A stretch of 64,000 nucleotides of DNA from Lama guanicoe (lineage: Eukaryota): assembly GCA_013239625.1 (NCBI GenBank), contig MU053493.1:319793-383792 (forward strand), written 5' to 3'. Below the pieces are notes generated by a model. It saw only the letters and a list, made by a program, of their open reading frames with translations. It did no database searches and was not told where the DNA came from. Both the position numbers and the translations under genes were made by a program. Shown piece after piece: positions 11,734-23,210 of the stretch. The stretch's first letter is position 1; the number at the start of each line of letters is the position of its first letter.

Positions 11734-14700
11734 GGGGGCCAAGATGGAGGAAGAGGAGTAGAATGCTCGTAGCTGACCCTCTCCCACAAATACACCAAAA
11801 CTCACATCTACCACATCTGTGGACCCACTCAGCCAACCAGAGCACCTGTGGAACTCCAACAGAACACTGTCTTCTTTAAAAGACAAAGAAGGCAAAAATC
11901 TCATAGGAGAAAAGGAAAAAAGAAAGAAGAAAAGGCAAAACAGTGTGGAACTGGTGCTGGGGGAGGGAGTGGCAAAGGAGGACTAGCGCTTGTTTGCTGG
12001 GTCTTCCCTCTCAACAGGGAGACCTGCAGGACGAAGGGGGAGCCTCTGAGGCTTGGATCTGTATGGAAAACACCTTGACCCAAAGAACTAAGTTAAATAG
12101 GCACACAGGGTCCCTGTGACACCCAGCCTGAGATGTGAGCTGGCAGCTGGGGGCCAGGACAGGCTGCCCAAGCCAGGCAGAGGACTGAGGTGACTGCACT
12201 GAGGCAGTCCCAGGGAATTGCATGGTGCTGAGTGCCATAGTTAAGTGGGTACACAGTGCAGATCAACCTGGGCCCTCCATAAAACAACTGCTGATGTGCC
12301 CTGGGGGGAAGGGTGCCATGCCCTCATCCCTGAAAACCCACAGAAAATTTTCAGGTGAAGAGAGATGGGCTCAGGAACAGCTGTCATATCTTCCAGTGAT
12401 TAGCACCCAAATGGGAACGGGGTCAAAACCTGAATCTGCACCTAAGGGCTCAGCAGCTTCAAAGGCCAGATGAAGACTTGTCTACAGCCCAAGGCAGATA
12501 AGATACTTCTGCCTTAGTACCTCAGATAACTCGCGTCGTCAAGACAAACAAGGAGCTGACTTTTGGAATGGAGCAGGGGCAGGGTGGTTCTGCGGTCTTC
12601 CCTGAGCCAACGTACAGAGTGATGACCTGAGGTGGAGCAGGCAGCAGGACAGAACAGTGGAGCAACTGGTGCTGGGTGAGGGCAGGTGGTCACCTGCCTT
12701 CCTGGCAAGGCAGGAACACATGACATTATCACGGCTCTGGGAGGGGGCAAGATCAGCCCGCCTACCTGACCAGTCTGAAACATCTGACTGCAGCATTGGG
12801 GGGAGGAGTGACGTGCCTGCCCACTGTGAAGGACAGCAGCACCTAACCCAGTGTAGGGAGGGTGAGCGATCTGCTTGCCCACAGGCACAGGGAGCAGCAC
12901 AGATGAGGTAGCCAATGGAAGGCCTCTGGAAACAGCAAGCTGAGTTCACAAAACAGGGTGAAGACAGAAAGACGTCTCATTAAGAGTGTACATTCTCCAG
13001 GAGAACACCACCCCCTCTTCACACCTCCTTTTTTTAAAGTCTGTTTTTACCTGTTCTATTTTCTATTAACTTATAATTTCAACTTGCTAAACAATTAATA
13101 TGATTCCAGTTTTAATCCCTTTAAAGTTTTTCTTTTAAAATACTTTTATTATTATTATTTTAAAAAATCCACATTATTTCATTTTTATTTCTTTTGGTTT
13201 TGATTTCCTGTTATTGATTATACACAGGTTTCAATTTTTTTCCTCTTTTCTCCTTTTTTAAAGGTTTCAAAAAGACATCTCAAATCAATTGCTATTCTGC
13301 TTCAGCTTGCTCTTCTATAATTGATTATAGAGTTTTCAAACGTTTTTTCACCCTTCTTTTAGAATTCTCTCTCTCTTTCTCTTTTTTAAATTTTATTCCT
13401 ACATAAGCATTACATAGATGAATAAATAAACTCCTTAGGGGCAACAATAGATAACTGATGCACCATAAGGCACAGTGCCAGAAAGATATGAGCAAGATGA
13501 AGAAGCAGAGGAACCACTCCCAATTAAAACAGAAAGAGAAATCCCCTGAAAGAAAGATCAATGAATTAGATATCAGTAGACTACTAGATCAAGATTTCAA
13601 AAAAGGAGTGATCAAAGTACTGAACTAAAAGAGATAGTGTTTAGACATATAAAATATGTCACAAATGAAATTGAAGCTATAAACAAGAGCCAAGTAGAAT
13701 TGGTAAACTCAGTGGCTGAGATAAAAACTGATCTAAATGCTGTGCAAAGGAGACTACATAATGCAGAGAAACGAATTAGTGACCTAGAAGACAGGACAAC
13801 AGAAACCAACCATTCAGCTAAGAGATAAACAAATAAAAACAAATGAAAACAACATAAGGGACCTATGGGATAATATAAAACATTCCAATCTGTGCATTAT
13901 AGGGGTCTCAGAAGGGGAAGAAAGATCAAAGGGGATTGCAAAGGTAATGGAAGAAATCATGACTGAAAACTCCCCAAACTTAAAGAAGGAATAAGATATC
14001 CAAGTACAAAAAGCTCAGAGGGTCCCAAACAGGAAGAACCCAAAGAGACCCACACCAAAACATATCATAATAAAGACGGCCAGAGTCAAGGATAAAGAAA
14101 TGATCCTAAAGGCAGCAAGAGAAAAGAAAAGAGTGAGTTACAAGGGAACCCCCATAATGTTCTCAGCTGATTTCTCTACACAAACACTACAGGCCAGAAG
14201 GGAATGGCAAGATATATAAAAAGTCATGAATGAGAAAAAGATGCCGACTGGGATACTTTATCCAACAAGGCATCCTTTAGGACAGAAGGAGAGACAGAAT
14301 TTCACAGACAAGCGAAAACTAAAAGACTTTACAACACTAAACCCATGCTAAAAGAAATCTTGAAAAATTTACTCTAAATAAAAAAACAGCAGGAATGCTA
14401 CAGAAATGAGAAACTCACAACTGGAAAGGTGATAAATCATGAATTACAAATAAAAAACCACAAAATTGTAAAAGAAGACATTTAAATTATTAAGAATGGG
14501 AGAGGAAAGCAAGAAAAATATGAGGTTTTTTTTCTTTTTAATTTTTTTTTTTGTTTTCGGTAGGATGGGTTGGAGATTATACTATAACCAATTTAATTAA
14601 AACAGTTATAGTAATGGTTTAATAGAATTACAAAACAGGGTAACCACAAACCAAAAACTTACAAGGGAGTCACAAAAATTAAATAAAATCCATGAGAATA

Positions 14701-17700
14701 CAAAGGAAAATGACCAAACCACAAAAGGAAGAAGAAAGGAACAAAGAGGAACTGCAAAAATAAGTTCAAAATGGCAATAAACACACATCTATCATTCATT
14801 ACCATAAATGGTAATGGACTAAATGCTCCAGTCAAAAGACAGAGTGGCAGACTGGATAATAAAGCAAAAACCTTAAATATGCTGTGTACAAGTGACCCGC
14901 TTTAGGGAGAAGCACACATATAGATTGAGAGTGAAAGGATGGAAAAGGATATTCCATGCAAATGGAAGAGCCAAAAAAGCAGGTGTTGCAGTACTGATCT
15001 CAGACAAAAGACTTTAACGCAAAGGCCATAAAGAAAGAAATAGAAGGACATTTTATGATTAAAGGAGTAATACAAGATGAGGCTATTACACTCATTAATA
15101 TATATGCACCCAATATAGGAACACCTAAGTACACAAAACAATTACTAACAGAGATAAAGGGAGATACTGATGGGAATACAATCATAGTCAGAGATTTTAA
15201 CACCACATTCCTTCACTAGAGCAGATGGACATACTGTCCACCAAGACTGAACAAAGAAGAAACTAACATCTTGAAGAAATCAATCACTAGAAATGAAATC
15301 GAAATAGCAATAAAAAACCTCCTTACAAATAAAATTTCAGGAGTGGACAGCTTCACTGGGGAATTCTACCAAGCATACAAAGAAGAACTCATACAAGTCC
15401 TCCTTAAACTCTTCCAGAAGATAGAAAAGGAGAGAATACTCCCAAACTCATTCTATGAAGCCACCATCACCCTGAAACCAAAACCAGGCAAAGGCACTAT
15501 CATAAAAGAGAATCATAGGCCAATATCACTGATGAACATAGATGCAAAAATCCTCACCACAATATTATCAAATAGAATCCAACACATAAAAAAGATTATA
15601 CTTCTTGACCAAGTAGGATTCATCCAAGGGACAGAAGGGTGATTTAACATATGCAAATCAATCAATGTAATACATCATATTAACAAGAGAAAGGACAAAA
15701 ACCATATGATTATCTCAATAGATGCAGAAAAAGCACTTGATAAAATTCAACACCATTTATGACAAAAACTCTCAATGAAGTGGGTATAGAGGGAACATAT
15801 CTCAACATAATAAAAGCTATACATGACAAGCCTACAGCCATCATAGTTCTCAATGGTGAAAAACTCAAAAGTTTCCCACTAAAATCTGGGACAAGACAAG
15901 GATGCCCACTAACACCACTCCTATTCAACATAGCCTTGGAAGTCCTAGCCACAGCAATCAGGCAAGAGAGAGAAATAAAAGGGATCCAAATTGGAAAAGA
16001 AGTGGCAAAAATGTCACTATATGCCAATGACATGTTACTATATGTAGAAAATCCTAAAAAAGTTCCACAAAAAGTGCTAGAGCAGATACAGAAATTCAGC
16101 AAGGTAGCGAGTTACAAGACTAACATTGAAAAATCAGTTGCATTTCTTTACACTAATGAGGAATCAACAGAAAAAGAAAGTAAAGAAGCAATTCCCTTTA
16201 AAATAGCACCCAAAATAATAAAATACCTAGGAATAAATTTAACAAAGGAGATGAAACACATAGGCACAGAAAACTATAAATCATTGGTGAAGGAAATTAA
16301 AGAAGATTTAAAAAAATGGAAAGATATTCCATGCTCTTGGATTGGAAGAATCAATATTGTTAACATGGTTATACTGCCCAAGGAAATCTACAGATTGAAT
16401 GCAATCCCTCTCAAATTACCCAGGACGTATTTCACAGAACTGGAACAAATCATAATAAAATTCATATGGAACCATCAAAGACCTAGAATTGCTAAAGCAT
16501 TACTGAAAAGAAAGAAAGAGGCTGGAGGAATAACTCTCCCAGACTTCAGACAATACTGTAGAACTACAGTCATTATGACAGCATGGTATTGGTACAGAAA
16601 CAGATATATAGACCAATGGAACAGAATAGAGAGCCCAGAAATGAACCCACAAACTTTTGGTCAACTAAACTTCGACAAAGGAGGCGAGAATATACAATGG
16701 AATAAAAACAATCTCTTCAGCAAATGGTGTTGGGAAAACTGGATGGCAGCATGTAAAGCAATGAAGCTAGAATACTCCCTTACACTATACACAAAAATCA
16801 ACTGAAAATGGATCAAAGACTTAAACATAAGACAAGAAACCATAAACCTCCTTGAAGAAAAATATAGGCAAAACATTATCTCACATACATCTCAAAAATG
16901 TTCTCCTAGGGCAATCTACCCAAGCAATAGAAATAAAAGCAAGAATAAACAAATGCGACCTAATGAAACTTACAAACTTCTGCACAGCAAAGGAAGCCAT
17001 AAGTAAAACAAAAAGACAACTTACTTAATGGGAGAAAATGTTTGCAAATGAAACCGACAAAGGCTTGATCTCCAGAATATATCAGCAGCTCATATGACTT
17101 AATAAGAAATAACCAAACAATCCAATCCAAAAATGGGCAGAAGACCTGAACAAGAAATTCTCCAAGGAAGACATACAAATGATCAATAGGCACATGAAAA
17201 AAAATGCTCAGTATCACTAATTATCAGAGAAATGCAAATCAAAACTACAATGAGGTGTCACCTCACACCAGTCAGAATGGCCGTCATTCAAAAATCCACA
17301 GATGACAAATGCTGGAGAGGTTGTGGACAAAATGGAACCCTCCTTCACTGCTGGTAGGAATGTAGTTTGGTGCAGCCACTGTGGAAAACTGGAGATTTCT
17401 CAAAAGACTAGGGATAGACTTACTATATGACCCAGGAATCCCACTTCTGGGCATATATTCAGAAGGAATCCTACTCCAAAATGTCACCTGCACTCCAATG
17501 TTCATAGCAGCACTCTTTTCAATAGCCAAGGCATGGAAACATATCTTGGCCTAAATGTTCATCCACAGATGACTGGATAAAGAAGCAGTAGTGTATTTAT
17601 ACAATGGAATACTATTCAGCCATAAAAACCTGACAACATAACGCCATTTGCAGCAACATGGATGCTTCTGGAAAATGTCATTCTAAGTGAAGTAAGCCAG

Positions 17701-18043
17701 AAAGAAAAAGAAAAATGCCATATGAGATCACTCATATGTGGAACATAAAAAAAATTATAATAAATTCAAAACAGAAACAGACTTATAGATATAGCATACA
17801 AACTTGTGGTTGCCAAGGGGGCAGAGGGTGGGAAAGGATAGGCTGGGATTTCAAAATTTTGAATAGATAACAAGATTATTCTCTATAGCACAGGGAAATA
17901 TACACAAGATCTTATGGTAGCTCACAGAGAAAAAACTGTGACAATGAAAATATATATGTTCATGTATAACTGAAAAATTATGCTCTAAAATGGAATTTGA
18001 CACAACATTGTAAAATGATTATAAATCAATAAAAATTGTAAAA
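11734..18043 (+). mobile_element. LINE-1 copy B, near full length with ~0.8 kb ORF2 deletion; defective
   Basis: Starts GGGGGCCAAGATGG. ORF1 13488-14377 (frameshifts). ORF2 from 14771 with RT ORF 15759-16805 ([17 protein letters not shown] degraded to YAND). 3'UTR with AATAAA ~18028. Degenerate TSD AAAAATGGACAA (11721-11732) / AAAAATAAACAA (18045-18056). Confidence 0.97.
14771..17725 (+). pseudogene. L1 ORF2p (EN/RT/Cys-rich), disrupted (copy B)
   Basis: ORF-track peptides 15271-15642 and 15759-16805; stops, frameshifts and an internal deletion at ~15220. Confidence 0.93.
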
Positions 18044-18262
18044 GAAAAATAAACAATGTACCAATGATCTTGAAGACAGATTAGTGGAATGAACTTAAAT
18101 ATAAAACAGAAACAAACTCAGGCATAGAATACAAAATTGCGATTACCATGGTAGAGTGAGGTGGGAAGGGATACACTGGGAATTTGAGATTTTTAGATAC
18201 TGAGAAGAATATAACTGATCTAAAAAAATTGTCTATTAAATAAAGAATATTTGGGGAATGTA

Positions 18263-19185
18263 CAGAAAACAGTAATTCACATCAATCAATATGGTATTGT
18301 AGACAAAATCTAGTGCAAACTCTTTTCTTGGCTTCATAGCCTCCAGAGGCTTTTAAAGGTCTTATTTCATGTTCCTAATGTAAAGTTCCAGCAAAGAAAA
18401 CTCAAGAGACCATGTGGTCAATCATTATTCTTGCTGTATTTACAGAAGTAATCAGACTAACTTTAATGAATCGGCTTAGATTGCAAACCAATTTGTCCAT
18501 GATTCTCACTGATAGAAGAGGTGGTGACAATAGAGGTAAATTTTTGTTTCAATGGAAAACTATGATGTACACTTCTGTGTCTGTTCTCACATGTTTTGGC
18601 AGTCCTTGACAAATCCTGGATTATTCTAGGTTCCTGCAAAATCTGACTAAACTCTCCAAATTAGCCTTTCTCCCTTATGACTTTGAATCATTGTGAAGGA
18701 AAACTGCCCTTTTCCCATAGTCTGGCAAGTTGAATTAAAAAAAGTATCATAAACTTCAAAGAATTCACAGCAGACCATGAATAGACAACTTCTGTGTCTA
18801 CTGCTGTGTGGGCCACTCAGCAAGTTCACCTGAATACCTGAGGCCATCACCACAGACAGTCAAACTGAAATCTGGGACATCCATTGGATTGCCACTGCTG
18901 TCCTCTCTCCACTATCTAAAGAGGTTTTGAGCCCAACATCTTCTTGACTGGCTGCCTTCTGGTTTCCAATTTTTGTTTTACTATTTCTCTTATTTTTCTC
19001 TCTGATATTCATAGAAACTACTCTTCATTAAATACTGGAGGGTGCTGGTACTAACAAGTCTTAACAGATGGTTCAATTTGTCCTTAATGAACAAAGTGTG
19101 TCTGAACAAGGATTGAGTTTATATTATTAAAAGGAAAGAAAAACAACTGTCTCTTCTTTTCTTGAACTAGAAGGGGCCTGACAAG
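18263..19185 (+). mobile_element. Old ERV1 internal region, fragment 3, ending at PPT/LTR junction
   Basis: Continues fragment 2 across the 19-bp TSD. Ends with purine tract plus TGACAAG, which is duplicated at 21441-21456. Confidence 0.6.
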
Positions 19186-19775
19186 TATATCTGGTGGGAA
19201 CTCTAACTGGAAAAGATACATGAACCCCAATGTTCATAGCAGCACATTTTTCAATAGCCAAGAAATGGAAGCAACCTAAATGTCCATCAACAGATGACTG
19301 GATAAAGAAATCATGGTGTATATATACAATGGAACACTCTTCAGCCATAAAATAGAATGAAATAATACAATTTATAGGAACATGGACAGACTTAGAGATT
19401 GTCATTTTAAGTAAAGTAAGCCAGAAACAGAAGGAAAAGTATCATGTGATATCATTTATATGTGGAATCAAAAAGAAAAACAAAAAGGATACAAGTGAAC
19501 TTATTTACAAAACAGAGACTGACTCACAGATATAGAAAACAAACTTATGGTTACCTGGGAGGAAAGAAAGTGGGGAGGTATAAATTGGGATTTTGGGAAT
19601 TGTAGATACTAACTACTATATATAAAATAGATAAACAACATATTTCTACTCTATAGCACAGGGTACTATATGCAATGACTGTTAATAAATATAATAAAAA
19701 AACATATATCTGAATCACTATGCTGTACACCAGAAATTAACAGCATTGTAAATTGACTATACTTCAGTTAAAAAG
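19186..19775 (+). mobile_element. 5'-truncated L1 3' end (ORF2 C-terminus plus 3'UTR)
   Basis: CCCCAATGTTCATAGCAGCAC...GCAACCTAAATGTCCATCAACAGATGACTGG; ends TTGTAAATTGACTATACTTCAGTTAAAAA. TSD AGAAGGGGCCTGACAAG (19169-19185) / AGAAGGGTCTGACAAG (21441-21456). Confidence 0.9.
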
Positions 19776-19785
19776 GGAGACTACA

Positions 19786-21428
19786 GGCAGGTTCTCTTAC
19801 AATGATTGCCTAAGTGTCATGCTGTAAGAAGCAACCTCTCTTCATCCTCTCCACCATCTGTTCAGCAGCCGCTAAAATATAACTATGCCTGAGTGCATCT
19901 CCATCCACATTGGCCAGGCTGGTGTCCAGATCAGCAAGGCCTGCTGGGAGATCTACTCTCTGGAACACAACATCCAGCCCAATGTCCAGATGCCAAGTGA
20001 CAAGACCATTGTGGGAGGAGATGACTCCTTCAATATCTTCTTCATTGAAACATGAGCTGGAAAGTATGTGCCCAGTGCAGTGTTAGCAGACCTGGAATCC
20101 ATAGTCATTGCACTGGGACCTGACACCTGCTCTTCCACCCTGAGCAGCTAATCACAGGCAAAGAAGATGCTGCCAATATCTATGCCACTGGTCACTACAC
20201 CATTGGCAAGGAGATCATTGATCTCGTCTTGGACCAAATTCAGAAACTAGCTGACCAGTGCACAGATCTTCAGGGCTTCTTGGTTTTCTACAGCTTTGAT
20301 GGGGGGACTGGTTCTGGATTCACTTCCGTGATGATGGAAAATCTCTATGTCAAATATGGCAAGAAGTCCAAGCTGGAGTTCTCCATGTACCCAGACTCCA
20401 GGTTTCCACAGCTGTAGTTGAGAACTACAACTCCATCCTCAAAACCCAAACCACCCTCGAGCACTCTGTGCCTTCATGGTAGACAATGAGGCAATCTATG
20501 ACATCTGTTGTAGAAACCTCGATATTGAGCACCCAACCTACACTAACCTGCATAGGTTGATAGGTCAAGTTGTATCCCACATCACTGCTTTCCTGAGGTT
20601 TGATGGAGCCTTGAATGTTGTTCTTAAAGAATTCCAGAACAAACTGGGTCTCTATCCTCACATCCACATCCCTCTGGCCACATATACCCCTGTCATCTCT
20701 GCTGAGAAAACCTACTATTAACAGCTTTCTTTATCACAGATCACCAATGTTTGCTTTGAGCCAGCCAACCAGATGGTGAACTCCTCACCACGGTAAATAC
20801 ATGTCTTGCTCCCTGTCATACCATGGTGACGTGATTCCCAAAGATGTCAATACTGTCATTGCCAAAATCAAGACCAAGCATACTATCCAGTTTGTGGACT
20901 GGTGCCCCACTGGATTCAAAGTTGGTATTAATTATCAGCCTCCCACTGGGGTACTTGGAGACCTGACCAAAGTACAGCAATCTGTTTGCATGCTGAGCAA
21001 CACCACAGCCATTGCTGAGGCCTGGCCTCACCTGGACCACATGTCTGGCCTGATGTGAAACAAGCATACCTTTGTTTAGTGTACGTGGGTGAGGTCACGG
21101 AGGAAGAAGTGTTTTCTGAGGCCCATGAGGACTTGGCTGCCCTTGAGAAGGATTATGAGGAGGCTGATATAGATTCTGTTGAAGGAGAGGGAGAGGAAGA
21201 AGGGGAAGAATAGTAAAGTTACAATGTCACAAAGGTGCTGCTTTTGCAGAGAAGCATATTCTGTTTAAACATTGAATATTTGCAGTCTGATCAGTTAATT
21301 TGTATATAGCAGTGCATATTTCAATATATAATTACTGACTTATACTTAAAAACACAATGCTTTATTACAGACCCAAATTATCCACTTCTCTGATGGATTT
21401 GAATAAAGTATTTCCTGTCTTAAAAAAA
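19786..21428 (+). pseudogene. TUBA1A: Processed pseudogene of alpha-tubulin 1A (full-length mRNA copy; CDS remnant 19885-21216)
   Basis: Intronless [16 protein letters not shown]..., GGGTGSG-type motif (DGGTGSG), [21 protein letters not shown], acidic tail [10 protein letters not shown]. 5'UTR (GGTTCTCTTACA...GCTGTAAGAAGCAAC) and 3'UTR (GTCACAAAGGTGCTGCTTTT...GAATAAAGTATTTCCTGTCTT) match recalled TUBA1A UTRs. AATAAA 21402-21407 and A-tail. Many stops and frameshifts. Confidence 0.96.
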
Positions 21429-21449
21429 CAAAGATTACAAAGAAGGGTC

Positions 21450-21775
21450 TGACAAGGGTTAGTTGGTGGACCAAACTTTAATCAGATCCTTGAAACTTCT
21501 CCTAGGCCCATATGGGTACCTCCTTGTAAAATCCTCAACAAGAATTCTGCTGAGAGTTCTTTGCATGAGGCCTTCATCCTCCAGGTCTGATCACCCTCAA
21601 TATCTAATTAGGTTTCACATATTCCACCGCCACCAGCAGGATTTCCTCTTCTCAATTCTCTATTCTTCATTGATCCCAGTTGTATATTGAGGTCTATTTT
21701 TCATTATTACTATAGTTCTGAATAAATATGTTTTTACCACATTAAATACTCTCCAGGTATGGCTCTCCTGTGACA
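21450..21775 (+). mobile_element. MER67/MER31-like LTR (3' LTR of the old ERV1)
   Basis: TGACA...TGACA termini; GACCAAACTTTAATCAG...CTTCTCCTAGGCCCA...CCTTGTAAAATCC; AATAAA at 21721; homologous to 51774-52222. Confidence 0.75.
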
Positions 21776-21944
21776 GTTTTCAGAATCAGTCACCCCATAC
21801 AGTGCAGTAACTCCCCTCTTTGCCTGTTGACACAGAGTCATGAGGATCCCAAAGTGGCCGGGTGTCAGTCTTAACCTCCACTCTGGAGAATTATTGTTCT
21901 TTCTACTGGCAGAAACATTCCTTCACCTGGAACTACAAAGTCTA
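21776..21944 (-). mobile_element. ERVL-class internal fragment (3' part, dUTPase-like region)
   Basis: CCCAAAGTGGCCGGGTGTCAGTCTTAACCTCCA resembles the recalled HERVL/MaLR-int minus strand; collinear with fragments at 28886 and 46295. Confidence 0.6.
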
Positions 21945-21963
21945 GGTGGGAGAGGGCAAAGGC

Positions 21964-21973
21964 CAAGATGGCG
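21964..21973 (+). promoter_or_regulatory. YY1-type motif at L1 5' end
   Basis: CAAGATGGCG, the canonical L1 5'-end YY1 site. Degenerate in copies A, B and D (CAAGATGGTG, CAAGATGGAG, CAATATGGCA). Confidence 0.7.
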
Positions 21974-22929
21974 GAGTAGAAGGAGACTCATAGCAACCCT
22001 CTTCCACCAATACACCAAAAACTCACATCCACAGACCCAAGCAGCCAACCAGAGTACCTGCTGAATGCTGACAGAACATCACCATCTTCAAAAGACAAAG
22101 ATACGAAGAATCTGGTAGGAAAAACAGAAAAAAGAAAGAAGAAAAAGCAAAACAGTGCAGGACCAGTCCTGCAGGGAGGGAGTGGTGAAGGAGGAATAGC
22201 ATTCATTTGCTGAACCTCCCATCTCCACTGGAGAGGTCAGTGGGAAGGAGAGGGGCCTCTGAGGTTTGGTTCTGTACAGAGCAGCCCTTGACTGACAGAA
22301 CTAAGTTAACCGGGTATAGAAAGTCTCTGCAACCTCCAGCCCTAGAGGCAAAGCTGCAGATGGGGGATGGGACAGGCAGCCTAAGCCAGGTAAAGGACTG
22401 GGACAGCTGCACTGAGACACCACTGGGGAACTGCAGGGTACTGGGTGCCATGAATGAGTGGGTATGCATGGCAAAACAAACTGGACCCTCCATAAAATAA
22501 CATTGCTGATGTGCCCTGAGGGGAAGGGTGCCATAACCCATCTCTGAAAACACTGTACGTACGTTTTGGGGAGAAGAGAGGCAGGGATGAGCCACAGCCG
22601 CCATATTCTCTAGTGCTTAGCACCCAGGCGGTGGAGAGGTTGAAACCTAAATCCATACCTAAGGGCTTAGCAGCCTCAAAGACCAGAAGGAAACTTGTTT
22701 ATAGCCTGAGGCAAATAGCATCCCTCTGTCCTGGTACCTCAGAGAACTCGTGCCACCAAGAAAAACAATGAGCTGAGTTTTGTCATGGAGCAGGGGCAGA
22801 ACTGTTGCATCATCTTTCCTGAGGTTGCCTATGGAGAGCAGACCCAAGGTGGAGCGGGCAGCTACACAGAGCATGGGAGTGACCAGCATAGGAGAGGACA
22901 GGCAGCCACTGGTCTTCCTGACAGGAGCA

Positions 22930-23210
22930 AAGCACCCAACCACGGTGCTGGGAGGTGACACCATCCACGAGCCTATCTCACCAAAGCACAGCATCTGACT
23001 ACATCATTGGGCGGGGATGTGACCCACCCATCCACAATGTAAGTGCAGCACCTGACTATAGTGCTAGGAGGGGGGTGCATCCTGCCCACCTACTTTGCGT
23101 GAGCACAGCATCTGACCATGGCATGGGGAGGGGGAGTGACGTGATCGCCCACTGTGTAAGAGCTCAGCATCTGACTGTATTGTTGGAAGGGGACGTGAAC
23201 TGCTTGCAGA
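22930..23210 (+). repeat. ~57-60 bp tandem units (about 5) in the 5'UTR of L1 copy C
   Basis: Recurrent (GCA)CAGCA(T/C)CTGAC...GGGAGGGGG...GTGAC...CCCAC at ~22930 (degenerate), 22984, 23041, 23101 and 23158. Confidence 0.8.

Larger units (their letters stand above)
10531..18243 (+). mobile_element. Older L1 family element: 5'UTR plus ORF1 start joined to 3'UTR remnant; interrupted by L1 copy B
   Basis: 5'UTR homologous to 31618-32560. ORF1 start MRQKMNISQ at 11448. ORF1 sequence resumes at ~18057 (AATGATCTTGAAGACAGATTAGTGGAA), then jumps to 3'UTR at ~18091. 19-bp TSD AGAATATTTGG(T/G)GAATGTA at 10512-10530 and 18244-18262. Confidence 0.85.

Noticed and set aside
15759..16805. Longest ORF (348 aa, RT domain) as a possible functional or domesticated gene
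   Set aside because: It is a fragment of a broken L1 ORF2 with catalytic YADD changed to YAND, and is flanked by stops and frameshifts.
20101..20120. ~10-nt deletion at the recalled exon 2/3 junction of the tubulin retrocopy (GTCATTG|CACTGG)
   Set aside because: The deleted sequence does not end in AG, so an alternative splice acceptor is not supported; a random deletion is likelier.
21205..21216. TUBA1A retrocopy ends EGEE-stop (terminal Tyr codon changed to TAG), mimicking detyrosinated tubulin
   Set aside because: The CDS has many upstream stops and frameshifts, so this is a neutral substitution.
22930..23210. Regularly spaced repeats (also 52340-52500) resembling a CRISPR-like array
   Set aside because: These are degenerate tandem units without unique spacers, inside a mammalian L1 5'UTR or ERV leader; there are no cas genes.
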